Of a stretch of 64,000 nt of DNA, positions 37,349 through 50,256 are shown piece after piece. A program made the position numbers and the translations under genes. The notes beneath the pieces are model-generated. The model was not told where the DNA came from, made no database searches, and was given only the letters and a program-made list of their open reading frames with translations. How positions within the stretch are numbered: the stretch's first letter is position 1; the number at the start of each line of letters is the position of its first letter. This DNA comes from Octopus vulgaris (lineage: Eukaryota), in assembly GCA_951406725.2 (NCBI GenBank), contig OX597815.1, positions 159,650,001 to 159,714,000 of the forward strand, read 5' to 3'.

Positions 37349-38188
37349 TCACCGCTGAAATACTTACAATATTGAGTGGTATAGGTTATGGTCTTGTCAC
37401 CCGCATTGTAAATCAGGTAGTTCATGAAGGAGTCATACCCAATGACTGGTGTAGCAGCACCATAGTCAACGGCTACAAGGGTAAAGGTGATGCTTTAGAT
37501 AGAAATAACTTACAGGGGTATCAAATTATTGGATCAGGTGATGAAAGTTACAGAGAAGGTTATAGCCCAACTAATTAGGGCTCTGATAAGGCAACTGCAG
37601 GAGAAATATGTAGCCAAAAATAAACCTCTGTACTTGGCTTTTGTTGACTTGGAGAAAGCCTTTGACAGGGTACTCTGATCCCTTATCTGGTGGTCAATGT
37701 GGAAACCGGGAATAGACAAGTGGCTGGTAAAAGCTGTACAGGGATGCTGTCAGTAAGGTGAGTGTTGGCTACAAGTATGGTGAAGTATTCTAAGTAGAAA
37801 GATTAGTGCTCAGCCCCCTCTTATTCATTATAGTCCTCCAGGTAATAACAAAGGAATTCAAGACAGGTTGCTCCTGAGAGCTCCTCTAAGCTGATGACCT
37901 TGCTCTAATAGCCAAGTCACTGCCAGAACTAGAGATGAAGTTCAGGGTATGGAAGCAAGGTCTAGAATCGAAGGGTCTTAGAGTTAACCTAACAAAAACC
38001 AAAGTCTTAATAAGTAGGAAGGCTGTCAAATCACAAGCCCCTTCAGGTAGATGGCCCTGCTCAATCTGTAGAAAAGGCATGAGTAGTAACTCCATACAAT
38101 GTACCCGATGTAAGCTATGGACACATAAAAGATGCAGTAATATCAAAGGAAGGTTAACCAGGAAGATAGTTTTTTTTGTGTGGCAGAC
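37349..38188 (+). pseudogene. RTE-clade LINE RT fragment with Cys-rich segment
   Basis: GVIPNDWCSSTIV..YKGKGD, KPLYLAFVDLEKAFDRV, LL*ADDL, KGLRVNLTKTK, PCSICRKG...CTRCKLWTHKRCS; deletions and frameshifts. Confidence 0.88.
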
Positions 38189-41100
38189 GCAAAATGTTTG
38201 TCTTTTTCTTTGTCATTTTTATTTTATATGTAAACTCTATACTTTGATAATTCTTAATACTGAAGACCTTATGTCAAGTTCTGTTAAAGCTGTTTACTAT
38301 AAGTTACTGGTGATCTTTGCGTGAAGAAAGTTTATCATTTTCGTAATAATAATTGCCTAGCATTTAATCAAACGTGCATGTAAGCCTAAGTTATTTTAAT
38401 ATTAGCATCTTTTGAATTATTTCAAACATTTCATCAAAAAACAAAAACATATATCTCTATATATGTATGGAGAACCTTTAAAAAAATCTCCTCTGGTTAT
38501 TAAAACAATTATTTCTATTTGCATTTGTATACAAACAATTATGTATGTGCAAGTTTAAAACAAACAATTACAATTGCTGCTATTTACAAGAAAATTGAGA
38601 AATGAATCTTTTGAAGCTGGTTAAAATCACGTTGCTTTTACAGGCTTCATTATATTGTCAATGAAGCCTATTGACAGCTTCATAAGTTGTTTAGAAATCT
38701 GAAATTATTTGCTTTCAAACTTAAAAAGGATATGAAATAATAAGAAAGATTTCTGTCATTTAATGTGAAATAATCTAATTAGCGGAAAGAGGGAAGAAAA
38801 AAAAATATTGTAAAGCATTTGATTTTCTTCTTTAGAAATCAATTATACACCGCTATGTTTCTTTTCAATCCTTATGGGCATCAAGAAAACTCTAAAATAT
38901 ATTGTGACAGAAAAATCAGAATCTGCAGCTAGGTATATTGATTTAATAGATCCACATAGAAGATTTAACTGTGCATTTGTTTGTTAATATGTGCTTGCTT
39001 TTGAGTGAGTTAAGATGCTTATTCAGAAATCATTTCTGCTGCTGAGATTTTGTTAGTTACTCCACTTCCTCATGACCTTCTACTGGCTTGGCTTAGCTTG
39101 GCTTCGTGGAATTATGGATCCAAAGGGGATTCAGATTTATATAGGTGTTAGGAGAATTCTACTTGTTGTTCTTTTTATTTCATTTCTTTATGTATTGCTA
39201 TGATCTAGATGTATTTTCACATTCCTGTTTCTCCTCTGCAAGACAGCTATTCTTTTCTTTAATTTTTCCCTCAATTTGTTTTCCTTCCTTCTCATTTCCC
39301 TCTTTGTAATCGTCCCTCTATATCTTTCTCTACATGTACAGGTAAATGATGGAGCCTGCCTTTACATGGCTATTGCAGCTCATAGAAATAACAGCCAAAT
39401 TTCTTTCACATCATACTCTGTTGTCTTAATATAACAAGCATGCAGAAGAGACCCCTTGAATAATATAATCCAGGTTACCTCTAAACAGATACAATAAACA
39501 CGACAAAATCTCTTATCTTAAATCTACTCAACTTAGATAAACCTTGGGCTTAACCCGCTACCATTCAGACTATTTTGTCAAATATAGTGCTTTTCCATTC
39601 ACATTGATCATCATCATTCAATGTCTGTGGTCCATGCTAGCATTGATTGGACAGTTTGACCAGGGCTAGTAAGCTGAGGGACTGCACCAGACTCCAGTCT
39701 GATTTGGCATGGCTTCTACAGCTGGATGCCCTTCCAGTTTTTTCACTCATGGACATTTTTACTCCAATACTTACTGTACATCTCTGTGCATTGCTGTAGA
39801 ATATCTCACTTCTGTAAAACATATCAGTGAGAATCCAATTAGACAGTCTTTGTATAGTCATTCAATCTGAGAGAAATAGCCGCCAAATCTTCCTCAAATC
39901 CGACTCTGCTGTTTTAAAGAAAGAAATGACTTGAGCAATGAAATCATACATATCAAAAATGATGGAATAGTCATGGCAGGAATGTCTTTTACCATAGGTC
40001 TGTGGAATGAAGGACAGACCTCAGACCTAACAACAGTGACAATGCCAACATGCCAGAAACCGTTATCAAATAATTTGACAATATTTATAAAGCAAACAAC
40101 TTGCTGTACAAATTAGAATTTCAGTCAAGTTTAATTACTTGTAAACAAACGAGTCATGTAATTATATACGACAAGTTATGCTTCAATATTAATGTGACAG
40201 CTTTGAAGTATGTATCAAAGTCTCAAGAATATATAAAGATACTAAATGTTGATTAACTGTTTGGCGTTCATATTACTTTGTCAAATGTAATGTTTATTTA
40301 TTCACATTGCTTTGAAATCATTATCTTGTAGCTTCAAGATATTAATGATGTGCTTGTTTATTTTTAGAATGTCACTGTAGGGTATGTGTGATAAGCCAGA
40401 TCTGTTTGGTCTGAACATAAAACTGTTAGAATATTTGGGTTGGATGTAACCAGTGTAAATGCCAAAGGATTAAGATTAAAGATCTTCACCAAGGACTTTA
40501 AATACTATTTGAAAAGTAGATTAACAGATTTCATCAATATTGAATATGTCTTTGGAGATTTGAAACGGTTGTGATTAGTTTCAAATTTTGGTACAAGGCC
40601 TGCAGTTTCAGGGTCAGGCTAAGTCAATTACATCAACTCCAGTGCTCAACTGATACTTATTTCATCAACCGTGAAAGAATGAAAGGTAAAGTCAACCCCA
40701 GCAGAATTTGAACTTACAACATGAAGATGGACAAAATGCCACTAAGTGTTTTGCCCAGTGTGTTAATGATTCTGTCAGCTCACCTCCTCAAGCAGTTGTA
40801 ATTAATGATATGTATCGTTAAAATGAGGGTCAGCCAGTAAGAAGAGAAGACGTATTTAGATGAAAATCTTTAATGATAATTAGTGCAGTTGTTACAGTTT
40901 AACAATTAATTCAATGTCAAAGTGGTGAAAAAGGCTCTTCGGGCACTGAGCCTCACTGAGGAAATGGCAAGGGACCGGGAGATGTGGTAATTTACTGTAC
41001 TTGATTAGACATGTCAAGCTTAGTAAAATCGCTGTCTTCTACACATACAAGCTTGTCCTTTCAAGTACTAGTGCCACTTCAGAAGCACCTGTGTTGGTGC

Positions 41101-42424
41101 TGCATAAACACACCTATGCCAGTGTCATGTGAAAAGCACCCAGTATGCTCTGTTAAGTGGTTGGCATTAGGAAGGGCATCCAGCTGTAGAAACCATACCT
41201 CGACAGACAGCTGGAGTCTGGACAGCTCCATGTCAAACTGTCCAATCCATGCCAGTGTGGAAAGCAAATGTTAAACGATGATGATGTCACTAAATCTGTA
41301 TAAAATTATCTAACAGCTGTAGAAACAGAACCTATTAGCTCTGAATAATAAAACTGCAGAAAAAAAAAGAAGAATGAGAATGCTGCTGCTGATGATGGAT
41401 GTGGGGAAAGTAGTTTCTGATTTAGATATGAGACCTGTAGCTTTAAGAGGAGGAGGTTAGTTAATGCCCTCTGCACCACTACTTGACTGATGCTTTATTT
41501 TATTGACCCCCAAAGGGATGAAAGTAAAGTTTATTTTGGCAGGATTTGAACACTGATTATAAAGAGCCGAAAAGAAATTTTGCAAGGCATCCTCCTGATG
41601 CTCTAACAGTCCTGCCTTTATGATGATGATGATGATGCATGTGCGATATGCTGTGCTTGAGAAGACCCATCAATCCAAGGGGAATAATTAGTTGTGGTTG
41701 ATGCCAGTGTCGTGTAACTGACACATAAAAAGTACCCTTCGAATGTTGGGCTGCACGGAGGCAGTGATGAGTGACAGAGACCTTTTTGTGATCTACCGTG
41801 CTTAAGAAGATCTGTCAAGCCAAGTGAGATTGTAGTTGTGGCCAATGCCAGTGTTACATAACTGGAAACTGTGCCAGTGATACATAAAAAGCACCCACTA
41901 CACTCATGGAGTGGTTGGCATTAGAAAGGGCATCCAGCCATAGAAACCATGCCAGATCAAATGAAAACCTGGTGCACCTCCCCTGCTTATCAGTTTTTAG
42001 TCAAACCATCCAACCCATGTCAGTATGGAAAATGGACGTTAAATGATGATGACGAATTTGACACTTGATCAATCTTTGTTTCTCTCTCTAAACACATGTG
42101 TGGAAAGTGTATAAGCCTTGTGTGTACGTATGTACATGTCTGCAAGTATTGCCTGTGTGTTTTGTGCATAGACTTACCATTAGAAGTGTATGCCTCATTT
42201 CAAATGCAAATATGTCTTCCTTCTGTATATGCAATGAAGCGACATTTCTTTAATATGTTGCTATAATAAGAAACAAAATTCTCCTGTTAGGAAGGTTCTA
42301 GGGAAGAGAAATGCTTAAAGTTATTTTAGGCAAAAGTGGGAAACAGATTATAACTACGATCAATTATTTCCTCAAAATTTGTGAACAGACAAACAGATTT
42401 TGAATTTTAGTAGCTTTTATCCTG

Positions 42425-42761
42425 TATCTTTTACTTGTTTCAGACATTAGACTGTGGCCAAGCTGGGGCACTGTCTTGAATTTTTGTACTCAAATGAATC
42501 AACCCCAGTACTTATATTTAAGCCTGGTACTTATATCAGTCTCTTTTGCTGAACCTCTAAGTTACAGGGACGTAAACACACCAACACCACTTGTCAAGCA
42601 GTGGTGGTGGGGGACAAACACAGACACAGAGTGGCTATTTGGTAAGAAGCTTGTGTCACTGTGTGTCACCTTGGGTAAGTGTCTTCTGCTATAGCCTCTG
42701 GCTAACCAAACCCTTGTGAGTAGATTTGGTAGACAGAAACTGAAAGAAGCCCATCGTATAT

Positions 42762-42828
<67 letters not shown>

Positions 42829-43020
42829 TGTGTTTATCCCCCCCACCATCGTTTGACACCAATGTTGGTGTGTTAATGTCCCCATAACTTAGCAGTTCAG
42901 CAAAATAGATCGATAGAATAAGTAGTAGGCTTAGAAAGAATAAGTCCTGGGGTCAGTTTGTTTGACTAAAAGTGGTACTCCAGCATGGCTGCAGTCAAAT
43001 GATTGAAACAAATAAAAGAA
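42425..43020. mobile_element. Two adjacent, oppositely oriented SINE A copies
   Basis: 42425-42630 is a minus-strand 3' half; 42630-43020 is a plus-strand copy. Confidence 0.7.
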
Positions 43021-43707
43021 TATGTATATGCATATAAAACATGTGTGTATGTAAAACTAAAACTGCTTCACCCAAGCCATCAAACAGAAAGCAATGTTGT
43101 GTTATGCTTCGCTGTTAAAATGTAATTTATTACACTGTTCTTTTGTTATGTGTATTTTAGCTATGGTAACACTCATTACTAGTTAACTGTTTGTTTTGTT
43201 TTTCATATTCTAACTGCTCTGTAATAACTCAAACTCAATTTCCATTCAATTTTTTTTTCTTCTTTTACAGTGATTTTTTTTGATTGAGTTATTTTTACTT
43301 TTTTGCAATGTCATCCTATAAAAGTTACATTTCAAAAATATTTATCTATAAAGTCCATGTTTTGGTTATTATATACTGAGGTGTGTGTTTTTTTTTTATT
43401 ACTTATTCATTTATCTCATACATCTCCATATTTTTGTACTAACATATTATCATCTAATTTATTACACTAGCTGTACATGTTTTATCAGTAGACACATGTT
43501 TGTATGTCTGTGTTTATGTATGTAAATACATACATACGTACGCACATAAATACCGACGTACATACATAAATTTATCTGTTCATTTGTTCTTGGTTTTATT
43601 TTCCAAATTTCTCACCAATGGAGAAGGAGCCAGTTTCTAGCCTGGAAACATGACTCATTCATTGGAATTTCGACCACATCAAGTCTGTATGTGTGTGTTT
43701 GCATGTT

Positions 43708-43760
<53 letters not shown>

Positions 43761-44408
43761 TCATCATCATTGCTGTCATCACCATCATCATCATTGTCGT
43801 CGACATCATCATCCATGTTCCATTATGGAATGAGTTGGATGATTTGACAAGGATCCTATGAGTCCAAGAATTGCATCACACTCCAGTGTCTGCTTTGGCT
43901 AGGTTTCTATGGCTGAATGCTGTTCCTAACACCAACCATTTTACAGTGTGTTCTGGGTGCATTTTATGTGTCACCATCACTACTGAAGTCAACACGTAAC
44001 TCATGAGTCAACATGTAAAACTTGAGAAGGTGAGGTAGATAAATATATGTATGTATATGTGCATATCACCATCATCATCATCATCATCATTTATCATATG
44101 TTGTCCATGCTGGCATGAGTTGGATGGTTTGACTAGAATTGGCAAGCTAGGTAGGTGCACCAGACTCCAGTCTGATTTAGAATGGTTTCTATGAGTGAAT
44201 GCCCTTCCTAATACCAACCATTTTATAGAGTGTTAGGTACTTTTACATAGCACCACATGGCCTCTTTTATGTGACATTACATGGGTGCTTTTATGTGGCA
44301 CCTTAGGGCACTTTTTCATGGCACCACAATGAGTGCTTGTTACCACCAGAGGTACTGGTCTTAATATTTCTGCTGGGAAGTATATATATGTATATATGGA
44401 TGACATTG

Positions 44409-44448
<40 letters not shown>

Positions 44449-45899
44449 AACAAGAATGCACACATATCTACACATATTCTCACTCACACATTCCTCCTCC
44501 CTTTGCTACTATGGTAATTCACTCTCAACTCTCTAACACACTCATGCACACACACACATACACACACACACACACACACATCTCTTCACCAACACTTTCA
44601 TCTTGTTTCTATATTTCTTAACTCCCTTTCACTTTACTCTTCTGTTTAAGAAAGATTTTCTTTTCCACCTAGACTCTACCAGCCATGTAATTAATTTTTT
44701 TCCCTTATTCTTCTCTTCCATCATCATCATTTAACGTTTGTTTTCGATACTGGCATTGGTTGGACGGTTTAACTGGGGACTGGCAAGTCAGGAGGCCACA
44801 CCAGGCTTCAATCTCATCTGGCAATGTTTCTACAGCTGGATGCCCTTCCTAACGCCAACCACTTCGAGAGTGTAGTAGGTGCTTTTTATGTGCCACTGGC
44901 ACAGGGAGCCACTCAGGTGGAACTGGCAATGACCCGGGCATGAATAGTGATTATTGCATGCCATCAACATGGGAACCAGTTAGGCAGCACTGGCATTGGC
45001 CCCAACTACAATTTCCATTTGATTTTGATCAGTGGTTTATAATCACTCATCTACTGCTATCAAATTCCTCACAAAACTGGACATTTCTGCCTCCCTGGAC
45101 TTTACACCAGTTGCATAAACCCCACCTAACTTTTCATCAGTGTTGTTTTGTGTTGTCTTTAAATTGCTTCCCACACAGAACTTGTAATTCTTTTTATATC
45201 AACATTGTATTGTTATTAATTTGTCTCCACCTTTACTATTATTTTCCTATCTCTCCTCTTTATTTCTTTGATCATGCACATTCCTCTCTGTTTTTGCATT
45301 TCTTCATTTCTTCCTTCCATTTACTCTCAGACATGTGCACCCACCTCTATTATACTCCTCTCATCCCTCCATCTGCCTCACTAATTTTCTTCTTTCACAG
45401 AACACACACACACACACACAAAATCATTGTTTACACCAGTGTTGGATTATAATAACTTTTCTCTAAGTTTTTACTTATTCTTCTCTCACTTCTCTTCCAC
45501 TTTAAATTCCCACCTTTCATTCCCGTAATCATGCCTTGTTCCTGTGCAACAGCATCTTACACTGATACCTTTGCACATACTTCTATCCCACCTGTCACAT
45601 TCCTCTCACCTACTGTTTTACCTCAAGCTCATTCCCACTTCCATCTCCTAACTTACACATTTGCTCACACACATGGTACAATTATACACTCTCACCAACA
45701 CATCACATTTTCACTAACTTATGCCACTATACTTCTGCACTTGCACACCTCTACACACATACACATATATGTCCTAAACACCACACGCACACACACCACT
45801 CCTCTTTTGCCTGTCTCAAAACTAGATATAAGTCTAACTGAGCATTCCTGCCCCTCCTTCATTCTTAACTCTCACCATAGAACCATTTTTGTTACCTAA

Positions 45900-46070
45900 G
45901 TTTTAACCCCACTTTCTTACTCCTATGCTTTTTTCCTGATGAAGGACTAATGCTCAAAATGCTAAGTCTCTTGCCTTTCCTTTTTTTAAGCATTAAACTA
46001 ATACAATATTTATTGAAACTTTTCCTCTGTGTGTTGTCATTTTTCTTTTTGTTATTACATCTACAATATA
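45900..46070 (+). mobile_element. Degenerate HHR-bearing short element
   Basis: CTGATGA-a-ggac-taat-gctc-aAAAt-gcta at 45936-45964; downstream gcattaaactaatac is shared with 9814-9968 and 49955-50160. Confidence 0.45.
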
Positions 46071-46395
46071 TTTTTGAAGCTTACTTGATCTTCTTACTTG
46101 TATACGTAAGTATATATTGTGTGTGTATGTGTGCATGTTTGTGTGTATAACTGGTATATGAAATTGAAGCAGTATTCATTGAAAATAGCTATGTATCATA
46201 CTTAATGTATATACATCATTGATTTGCGTTAGTTATGTGTATACATTAAACATGATACGTAGATGGCTTTATGTATGTGTGGATATGAGTATTTATGCAT
46301 TCACATGTACATTTACATAGATATTTATATGCATACACACACACACACATACATGTATATAAAATTCAATATATATATGCATGTATGTACGTCTA

Positions 46396-46440
<45 letters not shown>

Positions 46441-47863
46441 AATAGACATAAATAATGGGCTTTATACATTTATATATAGATATGTATATTTGCAAGTAAC
46501 AAAATATTTGCTATTTCTTTTCTTTCGCTGATTTTCTGATATCTTTGAAGTATTCTGGTTCATAGAGTGTGACTGTTTCACTTGCTTCGCTCTTTTGTTT
46601 CTCTTTTATGTAACTCCTGCCACACGAGTACAACATCAATATTAGCATGGAGCATCCTTTTATCCATCACAATACAATCTTTCCAGCTTTCATCAGATCA
46701 AACTCCATTGACCTCAGATTAAATTAAGAAGCTTGATTAAGAATGTATTCATATCGTCCAAACCTGCATGTTTGTTTGTCTGCTGTGTAAATTATGCCTT
46801 TCTTGGCTGATCTCTCGGAATCTTTGCATTCAGTGTGTTTTACATATTGACCACCATCATTAGTTATCTCAGTAGCAACACCATTATCTCTATCATCATC
46901 ATCATCACCATCTTTATCTCTATCATCATTGCTACCACCATTTGTATCATATTTTCCATTCTTTCTATCCTTCTGTTCCTTTCATTCTTTCTTTCTCTCT
47001 CTATCTCTCATAATCTGTTTGTCTATTGGTCTATCTCTCTCTATCTATCTACCTCTTTGTCTGTATTCATTCTGTTTTGTTCTGTTCTTTTACATTATTT
47101 ATTTGTATCGCTTCTTTGTTTCGCTTTTTCTTGTTCTTATTCATTCCTGTTCTTCCTTCTCCAAAATGAAACGCACAGACCAAAACAATGTAATTATTAT
47201 GTTGAAGTGGATGGATAAAATTCTTTGTGTATATAGATTGCAGTGATGCCAATCAGAAGTGTGTCGTGTATTAGCCATGTCTAGCACACACGTACATTGT
47301 ACTTTACCAACTTTGACATGAAGAAGCATGCATGAACTCCAGCAGCGCATTAAAAACATGCAAGTTTTCCAAATATTTTGGCCTCAGAAAATCACAGCAC
47401 CTTTGCAGGCTATATGTGACAAGGAAGTGCATACTTGCAAAGTGGTTGAAAATGTTTGAGAGTCCTTTATTGGAGGATAAAAATGTTTTAGATTAGGGCA
47501 ACCAACACACTTCTTCACACAGTTCAAGGTGGTGTAAAATTGGAAATTGTCCAGTGTCTAAAACTGAGGCATACATTTAACTTCACTTAACCATAAAAAT
47601 GAGTAAACAGAATAAACTCATCTAAAGAGGAAGCCTTCATGTTATCACTCAACTTGCTTGAAAGGACAACCATTAACCACTGAAATTACACTCTATTGTC
47701 AAAGCCAGTCTTGTGTAACCAGCAACCTGTAGAGGTTTCTGAATTGCATGCCTGACAAAAAAAAAATTACCATTACTTTTTTTAGTAGTGTGGCCAACCT
47801 TATGATTAACTATGTCTCATGTGGCCCACTTTTCTTAAAAGGTTTCCCATTCTTGGTCTACAA

Positions 47864-48121
47864 CAGTGGTTCTCAACCAGGATCCATATGGCCCTTGGGT
47901 GTCCATATGAGATTTTGTTGTTTAAAATTTATGCACAATAAATTGCTTCTTTTTCTACAATACAACATTTTTTAACGATTTTCAAGAAAGTTCCCTAATA
48001 ATATTTAATTGTAAAAATATGATAGAATTTTTTAATATGTATATCAAATGACTATGGATCTCCAGCAGAGTAAAATAGGAATCAAAGGGATCCAGAGGCA
48101 AAAAATGGTTAAGAACCACGG
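47864..48121. mobile_element. hAT (Charlie-like) MITE
   Basis: cagtggttctcaacc / ggttaagaaccacgg; 8-bp TSD gtctacaa / gtctacac. Confidence 0.75.
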
Positions 48122-48369
48122 GTCTACACAATCAAAGTTGAACAAGAAAAATACAAACTGACAAGAATAATTTGTAGAACATACTGACTAATACTAACCA
48201 AAACAGGAAGTGTTGGAGCAATATAAAATTTGCATCTTCTCATTCATCATTATAGTACATCCGCTAGTTTTGGTTATATGGATTGTCACATTGCACAGGC
48301 GTTCTTATTTAGATGTGCCAGGAGACTGCTTGTAATTTCCTCTCATCATAGTCTAGAAATAACATGTAA

Positions 48370-48545
48370 GTGCAGGCAGGGCTGTGTGGTAAGAAGCTTG
48401 TTTCCCAACCACATGGTTCTGGGTTCAGTCCCACTGCATGGCACCTTGGGCAAGTGTCTTCTACTATAGTCTTAGGCCAACCAAAGCCTTGTGAGTGAAT
48501 TTGGTAGACAGAAACTGAAAGAAGCCCTGTGTATGTATACGTATG

Positions 48546-48584
<39 letters not shown>

Positions 48585-48800
48585 CTTTATATGTGTGTCT
48601 GTGGTTGTCCCCCCACCATCACTTGACTACTGATTTTGGTGTCTTAATGTCCTAGTTACTTAGTGGTTTGGTGAAAAGAGATGGATAGAATAAGTACTAG
48701 GCTCACAAAGAATAAGTCTTGGGGTCAATTTCTTTGACTAAATCCCTTTAAGGCAGTGCTCCAGCATGGCTGCTGTTAAATGATTGAAGTAAGTAAAAGA
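48370..48800 (+). mobile_element. Full-length SINE family A
   Basis: Complete head-to-tail match to 30160-30585. Confidence 0.85.
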
Positions 48801-49844
48801 ATTAGTAAAAATCAATCCAAGTATGCAGAATTGATTAGATATTTTGACACTTAGCCCTTGGTCACACTAATGAGTATAGACACTCTAACCTACCAGTTTT
48901 TTTAAAGTTGTTTTCAGACATCTAAAGCCACATTATCCAACGTGTTCTTTTTTAATATGGTGGGATATAATTTGAGGCAGAATTGGCTGCTATTTACTAG
49001 AGGCCAATCCACAGTATACTATAAAAAGATGCTAAATGTTTTACAGCTAACCATTAGCTTTCTCAATGTTTTTGTCACTTAAAACAAAATAAGCTTGTTA
49101 AAATTGTTTTAAAACAACGATGGGTACATACATTTTACATTACCAACTTTTCTATTAACTCCTGCAGCATATTAAAAACGTGCAAGTTTTTTACATATCA
49201 TGGCCTCAGAAAATCATGACACCTCTGCAAGTCATGTGGGATACTCAGATATGCTTCTACAGAGAGAGTGAAAATATATACGTTACAGAAACTGAGAAAC
49301 TAGTGTTATGTGTGGCTGAACATGTTTGAGCATTGTAATGTGTCCAATTAGACAGCCAGTGTGCTTCTTCTTATTTCTTCTCTGTTAAAGGGCCTCTTCT
49401 TGTAGCACACAAGCCTATTCAATTTTGAAAACGTTATTGACTAATTTTTATCGATGTAGACTATTATTGGTGTAAAGTTAATGATATGCTGTATTCTTGG
49501 AATTAATTACTGTATTTCCTGGTTCATAAGATGCTACAAGTGATAAGACACTCCCTATAATTATAGTTTTTTAAGGAAAAAAATAAATTTTACAATTTGT
49601 GAATATGTTATGAAAAATTTATTTTGCAAAAATCTCTATTATGGAATAAAATAGTTGGTACATTAACAAAATCTAGTGCACCATTGCCAAACATGCTTAC
49701 TATGAACTGTGTACAGGGCATGCTTATATCCTAACTATTTGTGCAAGTGTTTCAAATGTATTGCCAGTTCTCATCTACCTGTATACTCCACTGATCTCTA
49801 TTATATATTGTGGCGACCACTGTGATGCAGTCATTATTCTAGTA

Positions 49845-50256
49845 CAGTGGTTCCCAACCTGGGGTCTATAGACCCCTGGTGGTCTGCAAAGGTAGTACTG
49901 GAGGTCTGTGAACTAACTCCAAAGTTTCATATACATATATATATATATATATATGTGACCGCATGTGTACCGTTGGCGATTTTTTTTCCTCTGTCTTCCC
50001 TTCTCTGGATCTTTCCTTCTCCTATGTTTCCGATGAAGAGCTCCGCTCGAAACATTAAACCCTCCTTCTTTCCTTCTTTCCTGAGTGTCCATTAATACTA
50101 TATTTGTTCCACGTCCTCGCGTTGTTGTGTTTTTTTGTGCTTTCTTGTTTGGATTAACTTTATATATATATATATACACACATACACATAAGGATAAACC
50201 TATTAAATGGGGTCGGTGGCAAAACTTATTTTCAATAAAAGGTTTGGGAACCACTG
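49845..50256. mobile_element. hAT (Charlie-like) MITE with nested HHR element
   Basis: cagtggttcccaacct / ggtttgggaaccactg; TSD ttctagta / ttttagta. Confidence 0.75.
50026..50060 (+). ncRNA. Minimal type-I hammerhead motif inside a ~205-bp element (49955-50160) in (TA)n
   Basis: gttt-CCGATGA-a-gagc-tcc-gctc-GAAAC-aTT-aaac; stem III palindrome aacgtt apparently decayed to aacatt. Confidence 0.6.
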
